Assembly: GCA_003599425.1 (NCBI GenBank)
Contig: QZKC01000068.1
Coordinates: 11,667-75,666, forward strand
From: Nitrospiraceae bacterium
GTDB taxonomy: Bacteria; Nitrospirota; Thermodesulfovibrionia; UBA6902
Direction: 5' to 3'
Length of the DNA: 64,000 nt
Every line of letters starts with the position of its first letter. The stretch's first letter is position 1. The notes beneath the pieces were generated by a model. It was not told the DNA's origin, searched no databases, and worked only from the letters and a program-made list of their open reading frames with translations. The translations under genes and the position numbers were made by a program. Shown here one piece after another: positions 19,086 to 28,885 of this stretch.

Positions 19086-19874
19086 TTACCTCTTTATACT
19101 GTTTGCCATTTGCAGCATTTCGTCCGAGGTCTGCACAACTCTGGAATTCAGTTCGTACGCCCTCTGGCTTACGATCATGTTGACCATCTCTTCCACTATA
19201 TTTACATTACTCATTTCAAGAAAGCCCTGATTCACTGTCCCGAGACCGTCAGCTCCGGGACTGCCAGTAGTAGCTTCACCTGATGCACCAGTAGGAATGT
19301 AGAGATTTTTTCCTATGGCACTCAGACCGCCAGGATTTATAAACTGTGCCAATTCTATCTGGCCGATCTGCACAGGAGCTGAATTGCCGGCTTGCAATAC
19401 TGATACTGTGCCGTCATTTGTGATCGTGATCTGTAATGTATTGGCAGGAACACTTAGGGCCGGCTCCAGTGGATAGCCATCTGAATTCACGACACGTCCT
19501 TCACCATCAATCTTGAAAGAACCGGCGCGTGTATACGCGATCTCGCCGTCCGGTTTCGCGATCTGGAAAAAACCATTTCCCTCGATCACCATATCGAGGT
19601 TGTTACCGGTGGAAACAAAATCTCCCTGCTGAAACATCTTCTGTACGGCAGCAGGTTTGACCCCAAGTCCTATCTGGATGCCTGTCGGAAGTTCCGCTCC
19701 CTCAGCCGATGAAGCTCCTGCTGACTTTATTCCCTGATACAGCAGTTCCTGGAAGTCTGCGCGGCTCTTCTTGAACCCGGTTGTATTCACATTGGCAAGG
19801 TTATTGGAAATCACATCAATATTTAGTCTCTGCGCCTCCATCCCGGTTGCTGCTATGAATAATGATCTTTCCAT
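19086..19874 (-). CDS. flgG: Flagellar distal rod protein FlgG
   Basis: MERSLFIAATGMEAQRLNIDVISNNLANVNTTGFKKSRADFQELLYQ and C-terminal VNIVEEMVNMIVSQRAYELNSRVVQTSDEML. Confidence 0.9.
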   Translation of the reverse strand: MERSLFIAATGMEAQRLNIDVISNNLANVNTTGFKKSRADFQELLYQGIKSAGASSAEGAELPTGIQIGLGVKPAAVQKMFQQGDFVSTGNNLDMVIEGNGFFQIAKPDGEIAYTRAGSFKIDGEGRVVNSDGYPLEPALSVPANTLQITITNDGTVSVLQAGNSAPVQIGQIELAQFINPGGLSAIGKNLYIPTGASGEATTGSPGADGLGTVNQGFLEMSNVNIVEEMVNMIVSQRAYELNSRVVQTSDEMLQMANSIKR

Positions 19875-19942
19875 GTGTTATCCTCCGTTCTCAGTTCTTG
19901 TTTCTTTAACTCTCAACGCTCAAACACTATAACGCTTATCTC

Positions 19943-20671
19943 TTACCCTTTCCCCATCTCGTTTGATACTTTTGATGCCGCCTCGTCAAATGTCTGTATC
20001 ATCTTCTGGTACGACTCAAATTCTCTCAGGGAAGTGATCATCTGTACGATCTCTTTCATTACTTCAACATTCGATCCCTCCAGATACCCCTGGCTTACCG
20101 ACGCCTGCATATCCTTTCCTGGTTCATCTGTAAGAAATGCTCCTCCATCGACCTTCTTCATTTTACTTTTATCATCGAAGTCAACTATCCTTAGGGCGCC
20201 GACTGACACATCATCTACAAAGATCTCTCCGGCTGCGTTTACGTCTATCTTCCTGCCCTGCACCGCGACCGGGCCGCCGCTTCCAAGAAGCTTCTTGTTG
20301 TCCTGTGTGGCAAGATATCCCTCATTGTCAATTTTGAAATTACCGTTTCTTGTATACATTCCACCCTCAAGGGCAAAGAAGCCATCTCCGTTTATGGCAA
20401 GATCAAGTGGATTCCCTGTTCTCATCACAATACCGCTTGAGAAATCCGTTATGATGCGTGAAGCCTCAGTCATCACCCTTCCGTCTGTGACCAACGGCGG
20501 TTTATTGTCTACAGGGATCAAATAATCCTTGAATGATATTCTCTCCTTCTTATATCCGGGAGTGGTCGCATTCGCAATATTCTGTGAGAATATGTCCAGA
20601 TGCTTTTGTTTGAGGACCGCCCCGGAAAGAGCTATGTAAATTCCCTTATACAATATCAACCTCAGATGCAA
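19943..20671 (-). CDS. flgF: Flagellar proximal rod protein FlgF
   Basis: GIYIALSGAVLKQKHLDIFSQNIANATTPGYKKE and C-terminal VEVMKEIVQMITSLREFESYQKMIQTFDE. The track start is TTG at 20671. The functional start is more likely TTG/ATA at about 20650, just before KGIYIALSGA. Confidence 0.8.
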   Translation of the reverse strand: MHLRLILYKGIYIALSGAVLKQKHLDIFSQNIANATTPGYKKERISFKDYLIPVDNKPPLVTDGRVMTEASRIITDFSSGIVMRTGNPLDLAINGDGFFALEGGMYTRNGNFKIDNEGYLATQDNKKLLGSGGPVAVQGRKIDVNAAGEIFVDDVSVGALRIVDFDDKSKMKKVDGGAFLTDEPGKDMQASVSQGYLEGSNVEVMKEIVQMITSLREFESYQKMIQTFDEAASKVSNEMGKG

Positions 20672-20682
20672 ACATGATGCCA
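20667..20682 (-). promoter_or_regulatory. Candidate sigma-54 (-24/-12) promoter upstream of flgF-flgG-flgA-flgH-flgI
   Basis: Minus strand reads TGGCAT-CATGT-TTGCA, which matches the TGGCAC-N5-TTGCW consensus. Caveat: the predicted transcription start leaves almost no leader before the flgF N-terminus. Confidence 0.35.
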
Positions 20683-20812
20683 GAAGATATGGTGCATATG
20701 TTTAGTATTGTTATGTCTTTATTGCTGTGAAATCTAACTTTTCTCTTGCCTTTGACTGAAGCGTTCATCATATTTAACAAAGGAAATTTTTTCCTCTCAG
20801 GAAAATATCTCC

Positions 20813-20989
20813 CTATATCCTTATATCTACTCTTCCTTTTTTGTCCTTCTGTTCTTCATTGTTATCCTTTTTGTTCTTCTCTTCATCATTCCGGTCTTTC
20901 TTCTGGTTCTTTCTCGGGTTCTGGCCGGCTTCTCTTTCCTGCTTTACCGGAATTATCCCTGTTATGTTTCCCAACCCGTCGATTGCCAT
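20813..20989 (-). CDS. Hypothetical small protein with a lysine/glutamate-rich tail, between fliA and flgF
   Basis: ATG at 20989 gives MAIDGLGNITGIIPVKQEREAGQNPRKNQKKDRNDEEKNKKDNNEEQKDKKGRVDIRI. It lies in an otherwise empty 365-nt gap. Weak RBS and low-complexity composition, so possibly spurious. Confidence 0.2.
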   Translation of the reverse strand: MAIDGLGNITGIIPVKQEREAGQNPRKNQKKDRNDEEKNKKDNNEEQKDKKGRVDIRI

Positions 20990-21035
20990 TGCTGCATGCA
21001 AATCCCTTTTTATCTCATACTAATTACTTTCAAAG

Positions 21036-21767
21036 CTACCGTGCCCACTCCATCTTGGACCTCAGTTTGACAAGCGCCTGACTGTGTATCTGACAAACTC
21101 TTGACTCCGTTATATTTAATACCTTTCCTATTTCCTGCATTGTCAGTTCCTCATAATAATAGAGCGACAAAACCACCTTTTCCTTTTCAGGGAGGTCCCC
21201 TATCACCTCAGCGAGTTTTTCCTGAACGTTCTTTTCCTCAAGCTCCTCAAGCGGCGACTTCATGGTGGTGTCTGCAATACATTCAGAAAGGTTCATCTCC
21301 CCGTCGTTATGTTTGTTCGATTTGAAGTCTTCGATCCTTATCGGAGATGCGGAAACAGCGTACTGGAGTATCCTGAAATAATCACCCATATCCATCTTTA
21401 AATATTTTGCCACCTCGGTGTCATCGGGCATCCTGCCGTGCTTTTTTTCAAGTTTTTCCCGGGCCTGATTGATCTCGTCGATCTTCTTTCTCATGGATCT
21501 GGGGATCCATGCCGTTGCCCTCAGTTCATCTATCATGGCCCCTTTTATGCGCAGTTCAGCATAGGTCTTCAACTTGACCTTCCCAGGCTCAAACCTCTTC
21601 AGGGCATCCATCAGCCCCATAAGCCCTACACTGATAAGATCGTCAACTGTGACGTGAGCTGGAAGTTTCCACGAAAGCCTGTATGCCGTGTACTTAATAT
21701 AAGGCAGAAACTCCTTGATGATCTTCTCTTTTGTCTCTTCTTTTATTTCTGTCTTGTATTTCAGCAT
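21036..21767 (-). CDS. fliA: Flagellar sigma factor FliA (sigma-28)
   Basis: Sigma-70 region 2 (DLISVGLMGLMDALKRF) and region 4 (LSLYYYEELTMQEIGKVLNITESRVCQIHSQALVKLR). Last gene of the fliL...flhG operon. Confidence 0.9.
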   Translation of the reverse strand: MLKYKTEIKEETKEKIIKEFLPYIKYTAYRLSWKLPAHVTVDDLISVGLMGLMDALKRFEPGKVKLKTYAELRIKGAMIDELRATAWIPRSMRKKIDEINQAREKLEKKHGRMPDDTEVAKYLKMDMGDYFRILQYAVSASPIRIEDFKSNKHNDGEMNLSECIADTTMKSPLEELEEKNVQEKLAEVIGDLPEKEKVVLSLYYYEELTMQEIGKVLNITESRVCQIHSQALVKLRSKMEWAR

Positions 21768-22582
21768 TTTGCCTTCAACAGACCTCCAAGAAAAAACTGG
21801 AGCGTCCCCTTTATATTGTTATTGGTTTCAGTTGATATTCTCTGTACGATCTCCAAAATACTCTTTGCAGCTTCACTGTCAGGATATATTTCAATCAGCG
21901 CCTTCTGCTGCCGCACTGCCTTCTGCAGCAAGGGATCATAGGGAACATGGCCCAGGTAATCAAGGGATATGCTGAGAAATTTTTCAGCAGCTATGGAAAG
22001 CCTTTTGTATACGTCTCTTGCCTCTTTTTCGTTTTTTACATTATTTACAAGGATCTTGAAGTTCTTTTCCTGGTATTTTGTGAACAGAACTTTTATCAAT
22101 GCATACGCGTCGGTCATTGCGGTCGGCTCCGCTGATGTCACAATGATTATCTCCTGTGCCGCCATGCAGAAAAAAGCGACATTCGCAGATATCCCGGATG
22201 ATGTGTCTATAAGGAGATAATCCACGTCAGAATCATATGCCTCAAATTCCTCAATAAGTCTCAGCCGCTGGAACTCATCGAGTTCAGTCAGTTCCTGGAT
22301 ACCCGAGCTCGCAGGCAGGACTTTTATTCCCAAGGGACCTTCCACGACAAGGTCCTTCAGCTTCTTTTCACCCCTGAACAGGTGCTTGATGTTATACTGC
22401 GTCGCCAGATTCAGTATGACATCGATGTTGCTGAGGCCAAGATCAGCATCAAAGACCAGCACTTTCTTGTTCAGCTTGCTGAACCCTATCGCAAGGTTGG
22501 CAGTGATATTCGTCTTACCCACCCCTCCCTTTCCGCTTGCTACCGCTATCGTCCTTACTTTTTTTCCTTCCGCGATGTTCAT
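21761..22582 (-). CDS. flhG: Flagellar number regulator FlhG/FleN (MinD-like ATPase)
   Basis: Deviant Walker A motif IAVASGKGGVGKT. 273 aa. Downstream of flhF. Confidence 0.85.
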   Translation of the reverse strand: MNIAEGKKVRTIAVASGKGGVGKTNITANLAIGFSKLNKKVLVFDADLGLSNIDVILNLATQYNIKHLFRGEKKLKDLVVEGPLGIKVLPASSGIQELTELDEFQRLRLIEEFEAYDSDVDYLLIDTSSGISANVAFFCMAAQEIIIVTSAEPTAMTDAYALIKVLFTKYQEKNFKILVNNVKNEKEARDVYKRLSIAAEKFLSISLDYLGHVPYDPLLQKAVRQQKALIEIYPDSEAAKSILEIVQRISTETNNNIKGTLQFFLGGLLKAKC

Positions 22583-23646
22583 TATGCGCTCCCTGTTCTC
22601 AGAATAAGATTCGTCAGCTTCCTGTTGTCGATGAATTCAATGTTCCCCGGCACCCTCTGTCCTGTAGTTATGTATGCGACCGGTTTCCTGTATGTGCGGC
22701 ACAGGTTATATATGGATCCAAGTTTAACCGCCTCATCGGTCTTGGTAAAAGCAATATAATCTACAGGCAGTGCCCCATAATGTTTATATGTATCCATAAG
22801 GAAATCACCGTCACTTGACACGCTCATCAGAAGCTGGGTCTCGATCGGCAATCCCGTTTTATAGATCTCCTTCAGGTTCTTTATATACTGTTCATCCTTC
22901 GGATTCTGTCCCGTGGTGTCAATGAGCAGGATATCCTTGTCGTTGAATTTTTTTACGCTCTTTTTCAGCTCCTGCGCATCCGATACAATATCGAGCGGTA
23001 TCCCTATCATTTTTGAATAAATCCTTATCTGCTCTATTGCTCCGATCTTGAACGTATCAACACCGATGATTGCAGCTTTTCTTCCTTCCTTGACCGCTTT
23101 TGAGGCAAGTTTCGCGACCGTAGTCGTTTTACCTGCGCCCGTAGGACCTATAAGCATTACGATCCTCTTGCTGTATCTGTCTGACATATCCCAGACGCTG
23201 GAGCGGAAACTGTCAAAGAATTTTGTACGGCTCATGTCTTCGGATATAAGCATTTCGAGGTCATCTATATCCTTCGCCCTTTCGACAAGATGCAGCGCAT
23301 AATCGTCCCTGATGGACTTTTCCCTGAGAAAATAGAACATCTTTTTTCTTTCCGCAGGCAATGTCATTTCGCATCCGCTGTTGCGCATGGATTCGATGCA
23401 TTCCCTTAATGTTCTGATCTCATTTTTCAGCTCTGCAAGATCGCCTGCGGGCGGCGCAGCCAATGGCGCAGAAGATTTACTGTCATATCTCTCGACGTCA
23501 TAGTCAACAGCCGCGGTGATCTCCACATAAGGCCTCGACCCTTTCCTGTCCTCAGACGAAATGATCACCGCATCATCACCGAGTTCTTTTTTTACGCATG
23601 AGAGAGCTTCACTGAAAGTCCGTGCCTGAAATTTCTTAATTTTCAT
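22582..23646 (-). CDS. flhF: Flagellar biosynthesis GTPase FlhF
   Basis: SRP-type GTPase motifs (LIGPTGAGKTTT, DTTG). 354 aa. Confidence 0.85.
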   Translation of the reverse strand: MKIKKFQARTFSEALSCVKKELGDDAVIISSEDRKGSRPYVEITAAVDYDVERYDSKSSAPLAAPPAGDLAELKNEIRTLRECIESMRNSGCEMTLPAERKKMFYFLREKSIRDDYALHLVERAKDIDDLEMLISEDMSRTKFFDSFRSSVWDMSDRYSKRIVMLIGPTGAGKTTTVAKLASKAVKEGRKAAIIGVDTFKIGAIEQIRIYSKMIGIPLDIVSDAQELKKSVKKFNDKDILLIDTTGQNPKDEQYIKNLKEIYKTGLPIETQLLMSVSSDGDFLMDTYKHYGALPVDYIAFTKTDEAVKLGSIYNLCRTYRKPVAYITTGQRVPGNIEFIDNRKLTNLILRTGSA

Positions 23647-25663
23647 ACCGCAACATTCCCCTTATATCTAAATTTACCGTTGATATGATGTCTGCACTCG
23701 AAATCACTACGATTGAAGAGGATATCCTCTCCACAATTTTTCTCAGATACCTCCTGACACCCGGAGAGCAGAGGACTATTGGCTGTATCCCTTTAAACTT
23801 TCCCGAGGTCAGAGCTTTTTCAATGCTCTTTACCAGTTTATTTATGACGTCAGGACTTATGGTCCCTCCTTCAGTCTGCGACATCAGTTTCTCAAAAGTC
23901 GGGTCGAGAGTGAAAACCGGCAGTCTGCCGTCTTCGTTTACATACTGTTTGGTAATGGTCCTTGAAAGTGCCTGCCTGACGTATTCGGTAAGGATCTCAG
24001 GGTCTTTCACAATTGGTGAATGATCAAGCAGCGCATCAAAGATCGTGATGATATCTTTGATCGGCACCCTCTCCTTTAAGAGGTTCTGAAGCACCCTCTG
24101 CACAGCCCCGAGTGAAAGATTAGAAGGAACAAGCTCTTCAACTATCTTGGGATAAGATTTAGAGATGTTGTCCATCAGCTTCTGTGTCTCTCTTCTGGTA
24201 AGGAGTTCCCATGCATGCGCCCTGACAAGTTCTGTTATATGTGTACCGATGACAGTTGCGGTATCAACAACCATATATCCAGACAACTGTGCCTTTTCAA
24301 CTTCTCTCTCATCAATCCAGTATGCAGGCAGCCCGAATGCTGGTTCCTTTGTTGGTATCCCTTCAATTTTCTCAGTTTCCCCGGATGCAACTGCAAGCCA
24401 GTTCCCCATCATTACTTCGCCTCTGGCTATTTCAACCCCCCGGATAAGGAAGCTATACTCATGCGGCCTGAGCTGCAGATTGTCCTTAATATGGATGGGA
24501 GCGACTACAAACCCGATCTCTCCAGCTATCTGCCTTCTCATTGCCTTGATCTTCCCGAGCAGCTCGCCGTTAGGTTCATCCACAAGGGATATAAGCCCGT
24601 AACCGATCTCAAGGCTCAATGGGTCCAGCTCAAGATACGATTCGATCTTGGGTTCCTCGGCCGCGGGCTGCGCTGACACCTCTGATTTCTCCTCCTTCGG
24701 CATTTTTGTAAGCATATACGCCGTCCCGCCCGCACCCATAGAGATGAGCAGGAATGGAATATGGGGAAGGCCCGGCACAAGACCCAGCACCATCAGAACA
24801 CCCGCCGCGGTTACAAGGGCCTTTGGGTTAATCAATATCTGCTGTGTTATATCTTTACCTATATCACTGTCTTTTCCGGCCCGGCTCATGACAATACCTG
24901 CTGCAGTTGATGTGAGAAGCGCCGGGATCTGAGACACCAGCCCATCACCAATCGTCAGTATGGTATAAGTTGTTAACGCATCCGTTGCAGGCATGCCTTT
25001 CTGCAGTATTCCGATGATCAATCCTCCTATGATATTTATTGCCGTGATCACCAGTCCTGCAACCGCGTCTCCCCTTACAAATTTACTTGCGCCATCCATC
25101 GTACCGTAAAAATCAGCTTCCTGTGATATCTGCTCCCTGCGCCTTCTCGCCTCCCTGTCGTCAATGAGCCCGGTATTAAGGTCTGCATCTATCGCCATCT
25201 GTTTTCCAGGCATTGCGTCCAAGGTGAAACGGGCGGCCACCTCTGCTATTCTTCCGGAACCTTTTGTTATAACCACAAAATTAACTATTATCAGTATGAG
25301 AAATATAACGATGCCGACTGCATAATTACCGCCGACAACAAAATCACCAAAAGATTTAATCACCTGTCCTGCAGCATCAATCCCCTCATTGCCTCTTAGA
25401 AGAATAAGCCTTGTTGACGCTACATTGAGGGCGAGCCTGTAGAGAGTCGCCATCAGAAGCACAGAGGGCAATACCGAGAAATCAAGGGGCTTCCTGATAT
25501 AAATAGATGTGATGAGAATAATTATTGATAACGAAATTGAAAGCGTAAGAAGAATATCAAGCAGAAACGCGGGCAGAGGAAGGATCATTACACCAATTAT
25601 TGAAACTATGAGGACCGCAACAAATACATCTTCTCTTTCCTTTATCAATGTCAGGAAATTCAT
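23636..25663 (-). CDS. flhA: Flagellar export apparatus protein FlhA
   Basis: 675 aa. Eight-TM N-terminal domain and conserved cytoplasmic domain (GDGLVSQIPALLTSTAAGIVMSRAG). Confidence 0.95.
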   Translation of the reverse strand: MNFLTLIKEREDVFVAVLIVSIIGVMILPLPAFLLDILLTLSISLSIIILITSIYIRKPLDFSVLPSVLLMATLYRLALNVASTRLILLRGNEGIDAAGQVIKSFGDFVVGGNYAVGIVIFLILIIVNFVVITKGSGRIAEVAARFTLDAMPGKQMAIDADLNTGLIDDREARRRREQISQEADFYGTMDGASKFVRGDAVAGLVITAINIIGGLIIGILQKGMPATDALTTYTILTIGDGLVSQIPALLTSTAAGIVMSRAGKDSDIGKDITQQILINPKALVTAAGVLMVLGLVPGLPHIPFLLISMGAGGTAYMLTKMPKEEKSEVSAQPAAEEPKIESYLELDPLSLEIGYGLISLVDEPNGELLGKIKAMRRQIAGEIGFVVAPIHIKDNLQLRPHEYSFLIRGVEIARGEVMMGNWLAVASGETEKIEGIPTKEPAFGLPAYWIDEREVEKAQLSGYMVVDTATVIGTHITELVRAHAWELLTRRETQKLMDNISKSYPKIVEELVPSNLSLGAVQRVLQNLLKERVPIKDIITIFDALLDHSPIVKDPEILTEYVRQALSRTITKQYVNEDGRLPVFTLDPTFEKLMSQTEGGTISPDVINKLVKSIEKALTSGKFKGIQPIVLCSPGVRRYLRKIVERISSSIVVISSADIISTVNLDIRGMLRYEN

Positions 25664-26697
25664 ATGTTCCCCTTGATCTTGTAAATATATGCGAGTATTT
25701 TGGCAACCGCCACGTAAAGCTCTTCAGGTATGAATGTATCTATATCAAGTTTAAAAAGCGCCCTCGCAAGAGGCTTGTCTTCAACAATCGGCACCCCGTG
25801 CTCACCAGCTATCTCCCTTATTTTTTCTGCAACAACTCCTGCCCCCTTTGCAATGATCTTGGGAGCAAACATCTTTTTCTCCTCATACACCAGTGCGATA
25901 GCAAGGTGTGTCGGGTTTGTGATGACGACTGTGGCCTTTGGCACTTCCTGCATCATGCGCTTTCGTGCAGTCTCTTTCTGGATGCTCCGTATTCTTGATT
26001 TGATCAACGGGTCGCCTTCCATCTCCTTATGCTCTTCCTTAACCTCCTGCCTGGTCATTCTAAGGGACTTTTCATACTGCCACTTCTCGAACAGGAAGCC
26101 CACAAACGCTACGATCAGATAGTATAGAAATGCTATCCCGACTGCATGAGTGATCATCCGTGCCGACTCCTTTATCAGCGCATTCAGTTCCATGGCTGAA
26201 AGCAGCGGAAGGGATTTCAGGTCTTTTCGTATGATGTAATAAACTACCCATGCGCCCACAATAAATTTCAGAATGCTCTTCAATAAATTCGTTACGCCGC
26301 TGGGAGAGAAAAAACTCTTCAGCCTGCCCATCGGGTTAGCTCTCTGAAAATCGAGACTGAAAGATTTTATCGCCCAACCGCTCTGAACCACGCTTGTAAA
26401 TATCACAAGGACGATTGAAACGAGCATAAAAGGAACCATTATCTTCGATCCCTCAACAATCGCTATCCTGGATACCTCAATCGGGTTCGTCCCGTATTTC
26501 ATGCCCAGAATGCTTGCCGTAATTGTCGACATGCTGATAAAAAAATACTCGCCTCCAAAATAGAACACCATAAGCATTCCGCCGGTCGCTGCCATAGAGA
26601 CAAGGTCCTTGTCCCTGAGGATCTTTCCCTTTTCCCTTGCTTTCTGCTTCTTTCGGGGCGTTGCCTGTTCTGTTTTTTCCTGGAATTCTTCCGCCAT
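25660..26697 (-). CDS. flhB: Flagellar export apparatus protein FlhB
   Basis: VVITNPTHLAIAL contains the NPTH autocleavage site. 345 aa. Confidence 0.9.
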   Translation of the reverse strand: MAEEFQEKTEQATPRKKQKAREKGKILRDKDLVSMAATGGMLMVFYFGGEYFFISMSTITASILGMKYGTNPIEVSRIAIVEGSKIMVPFMLVSIVLVIFTSVVQSGWAIKSFSLDFQRANPMGRLKSFFSPSGVTNLLKSILKFIVGAWVVYYIIRKDLKSLPLLSAMELNALIKESARMITHAVGIAFLYYLIVAFVGFLFEKWQYEKSLRMTRQEVKEEHKEMEGDPLIKSRIRSIQKETARKRMMQEVPKATVVITNPTHLAIALVYEEKKMFAPKIIAKGAGVVAEKIREIAGEHGVPIVEDKPLARALFKLDIDTFIPEELYVAVAKILAYIYKIKGNI

Positions 26698-26722
26698 GTC
26701 TTCTCTTCCTATTGCGCTTTCA

Positions 26723-27493
26723 TCAGGTCCTGGCCATCGCGATTATGCGCGACATTTCATTGCGCAGGTCCGCCAGGCTGATTTTAAATACATATTCAAA
26801 AACAGGGATGCTCAGTATAATGATCAGCAGTCCCAAAATGATATTCAGAGGAAGTGTAATAAAGAAAATGTTCATCTGCGGCGCCACCTTATAAAGAAAA
26901 CCGGTCAAAAGGTTGCTGAGCAGCAAACCTACTACAACAGGAGCTCCGATCTTCAGGGCAAGAACAAACAGTTTGTTCCCCAGTGCTATCACTTCAGGGA
27001 TGACCGGCATAATATTCAGCTGCCCTGAGGGCAGAAGCTCAAAACTTTTCACAAAGATATATATGATCTCATGATGCGCATCCATGACAAGGAAATACAG
27101 CATTGCCATGATCCCGAACGCCTCAGATATCTGGGTCGTCTGCCCTATCTCAGGATTGAAAATACTTGCTACGGACAGTCCCATGGCCTGGCTGACCATG
27201 TGACCTGCGAGATTGATCGCCATGAAAAGAAACCTAACGGAGAGGCCGAGGGCTGTTGCAATCAGCGCTTCCTTTAATATCAAAAGAGGTATCGTATTCT
27301 CACTGATCTCAACTTTCACCACTGGTGTCATCATGATTGCAATAAATACAGCCAGGCCGAGCCTGAATTGTCCCGGAAGTTCTTTGCCGCCGATGACTGG
27401 AAGCAGACTGACGAAGATACTGCTCCTGATCAGAATGATCAGGAAATTGGTTATATACGGAGCAAGCATGTTTATGTTATTTTGGTTTATCAT
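26723..27493 (-). CDS. fliR: Flagellar export apparatus protein FliR
   Basis: 256-aa polytopic membrane protein in the conserved position after fliQ. Confidence 0.85.
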   Translation of the reverse strand: MINQNNINMLAPYITNFLIILIRSSIFVSLLPVIGGKELPGQFRLGLAVFIAIMMTPVVKVEISENTIPLLILKEALIATALGLSVRFLFMAINLAGHMVSQAMGLSVASIFNPEIGQTTQISEAFGIMAMLYFLVMDAHHEIIYIFVKSFELLPSGQLNIMPVIPEVIALGNKLFVLALKIGAPVVVGLLLSNLLTGFLYKVAPQMNIFFITLPLNIILGLLIIILSIPVFEYVFKISLADLRNEMSRIIAMART

Positions 27494-27528
27494 TCAGCTT
27501 TCTCTATTTCCACCACTCAGTAATTTTC

Positions 27529-27798
27529 TCACTTAATATAGAACGGTATCTGCTGTATTAAATTTGTTGTAAAGGCCATAAGCTTTCCGGACATCCAAGG
27601 CATAAGAACGAAAAGACAGATAAACACCGCCAGCATCTTCGGAACAAATGTCAGGGTAAACTCCTGTATCTGTGTTACCGTCTGAAAAAATCCGACGAGG
27701 ACGCCCACGATCAGCCCTACAAGAAGAGGCGGTCCGGCAACAAGCATCGTGGTCTTGAACATTTCCTCAGAAATACCGCGTACAAACTCAGGTGTCAT
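27529..27798 (-). CDS. fliQ: Flagellar export apparatus protein FliQ
   Basis: 89 aa, two TM helices. FTTNLIQQIP motif. Confidence 0.9.
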   Translation of the reverse strand: MTPEFVRGISEEMFKTTMLVAGPPLLVGLIVGVLVGFFQTVTQIQEFTLTFVPKMLAVFICLFVLMPWMSGKLMAFTTNLIQQIPFYIK

Positions 27799-28574
27799 GA
27801 AAAACTCCTTACCATTGAACTCATTACTAGGTTCCAGCCGTCAACAAGTACGAACAGGAGCAGTTTGAAGGGCAAAGATACCATGACCGGCGGGAGCATC
27901 ATCATTCCCATGCTCAGCAAAATACTGGCAATCACCATATCAATTATTAAAAAAGGAAGAAACAGCAAAAAACCTATTTCAAATGCCGTCTTTAATTCGC
28001 TGATCGCAAAGGCCGGAACAAGCACGCTTATTGACAGTTCCTCGGGTGCTTTGGGAGCAGGCTGTTTCGACAGCCCTACAAACAGTGCAATATCTTTCTG
28101 CCTTGTCTGTTTCAGCATGAATTCCTTCAAAGGCGGCATTGCCTCCTTCACCGCTTCAGCGAAATCAATATCTTCTTCAATATATGGTGTCACTGCCTTT
28201 TCGGTAATTACGTTTATTGTCGGGGACATGATATAAAACGTCAGGAACAGTGAAAGCCCGATGATAACCGGATTCGGCGGAATGGACTGCCCCCCGAATG
28301 CATGACGCAAAAATGACAGTACGACCACTATCCTGGTAAAAGAAGTGAACATGATAAGAACAGCAGGCAGGAATGAAAGAAAACTGATCAGTAAAAATAC
28401 CTGTATCAATGGATTATCTATCTGGCTGAGATCAATGGCATATGACGGAGACGCATCAACTAAAACGAACATTAAACCTGTGATCGCTACAACCAATAGT
28501 TTTGCGATGCATGATTTCTTTTGTTTTTTAAATTTAAAATTTGAAATTTGCATTTTACTATTTAAAATTCTCAT
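27795..28574 (-). CDS. fliP: Flagellar export apparatus protein FliP
   Basis: Signal peptide plus the conserved FliP core (FTSFTRIVVVLSFLRHAFG...GFLLFLPFLIIDMVIASILLSMGMMMLPP). Confidence 0.9.
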   Translation of the reverse strand: MRILNSKMQISNFKFKKQKKSCIAKLLVVAITGLMFVLVDASPSYAIDLSQIDNPLIQVFLLISFLSFLPAVLIMFTSFTRIVVVLSFLRHAFGGQSIPPNPVIIGLSLFLTFYIMSPTINVITEKAVTPYIEEDIDFAEAVKEAMPPLKEFMLKQTRQKDIALFVGLSKQPAPKAPEELSISVLVPAFAISELKTAFEIGFLLFLPFLIIDMVIASILLSMGMMMLPPVMVSLPFKLLLFVLVDGWNLVMSSMVRSFS

Positions 28575-28885
28575 TTGTCTTCTGCCTTTATCCTCACCTT
28601 AAACCTCTCAAGCCTGTTATGAAATCCGTCCTGCTCCTGCAATTCGAGTTCCCCCTCATGAAAGGTTTTTAGCAGCCTCATTTCATTTGATGTCACCCCA
28701 AGTATCAAAATTTCCTTGCCTACACGCAATGCCGCAACGCCCTTCTTTGGGCCAAAGGGCTGGTATCCGATGATACTCATAAAACCGCCCCTTGTCTGTT
28801 TCTTTTTCATAATGAACCCTGTTGCAATGATCAGAAAGATCACAAAAGCAAGCGCTACTGCCATCTGTACATATGTACCTGTCAT
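28571..28885 (-). CDS. fliO: FliO/FliZ-like flagellar protein
   Basis: 104 aa with a single N-terminal TM helix, between fliN and fliP. Confidence 0.6.
   Translation of the reverse strand: MTGTYVQMAVALAFVIFLIIATGFIMKKKQTRGGFMSIIGYQPFGPKKGVAALRVGKEILILGVTSNEMRLLKTFHEGELELQEQDGFHNRLERFKVRIKAEDK

Noticed and set aside
19875-20525. 216-aa plus-strand ORF (S/P/T-rich) antisense to flgF
   Set aside because: It lies entirely within the well-supported flgF gene on the opposite strand. The composition is the typical mirror image of a Gly/Ala/Asn-rich rod protein, and there is no RBS or homology signal.
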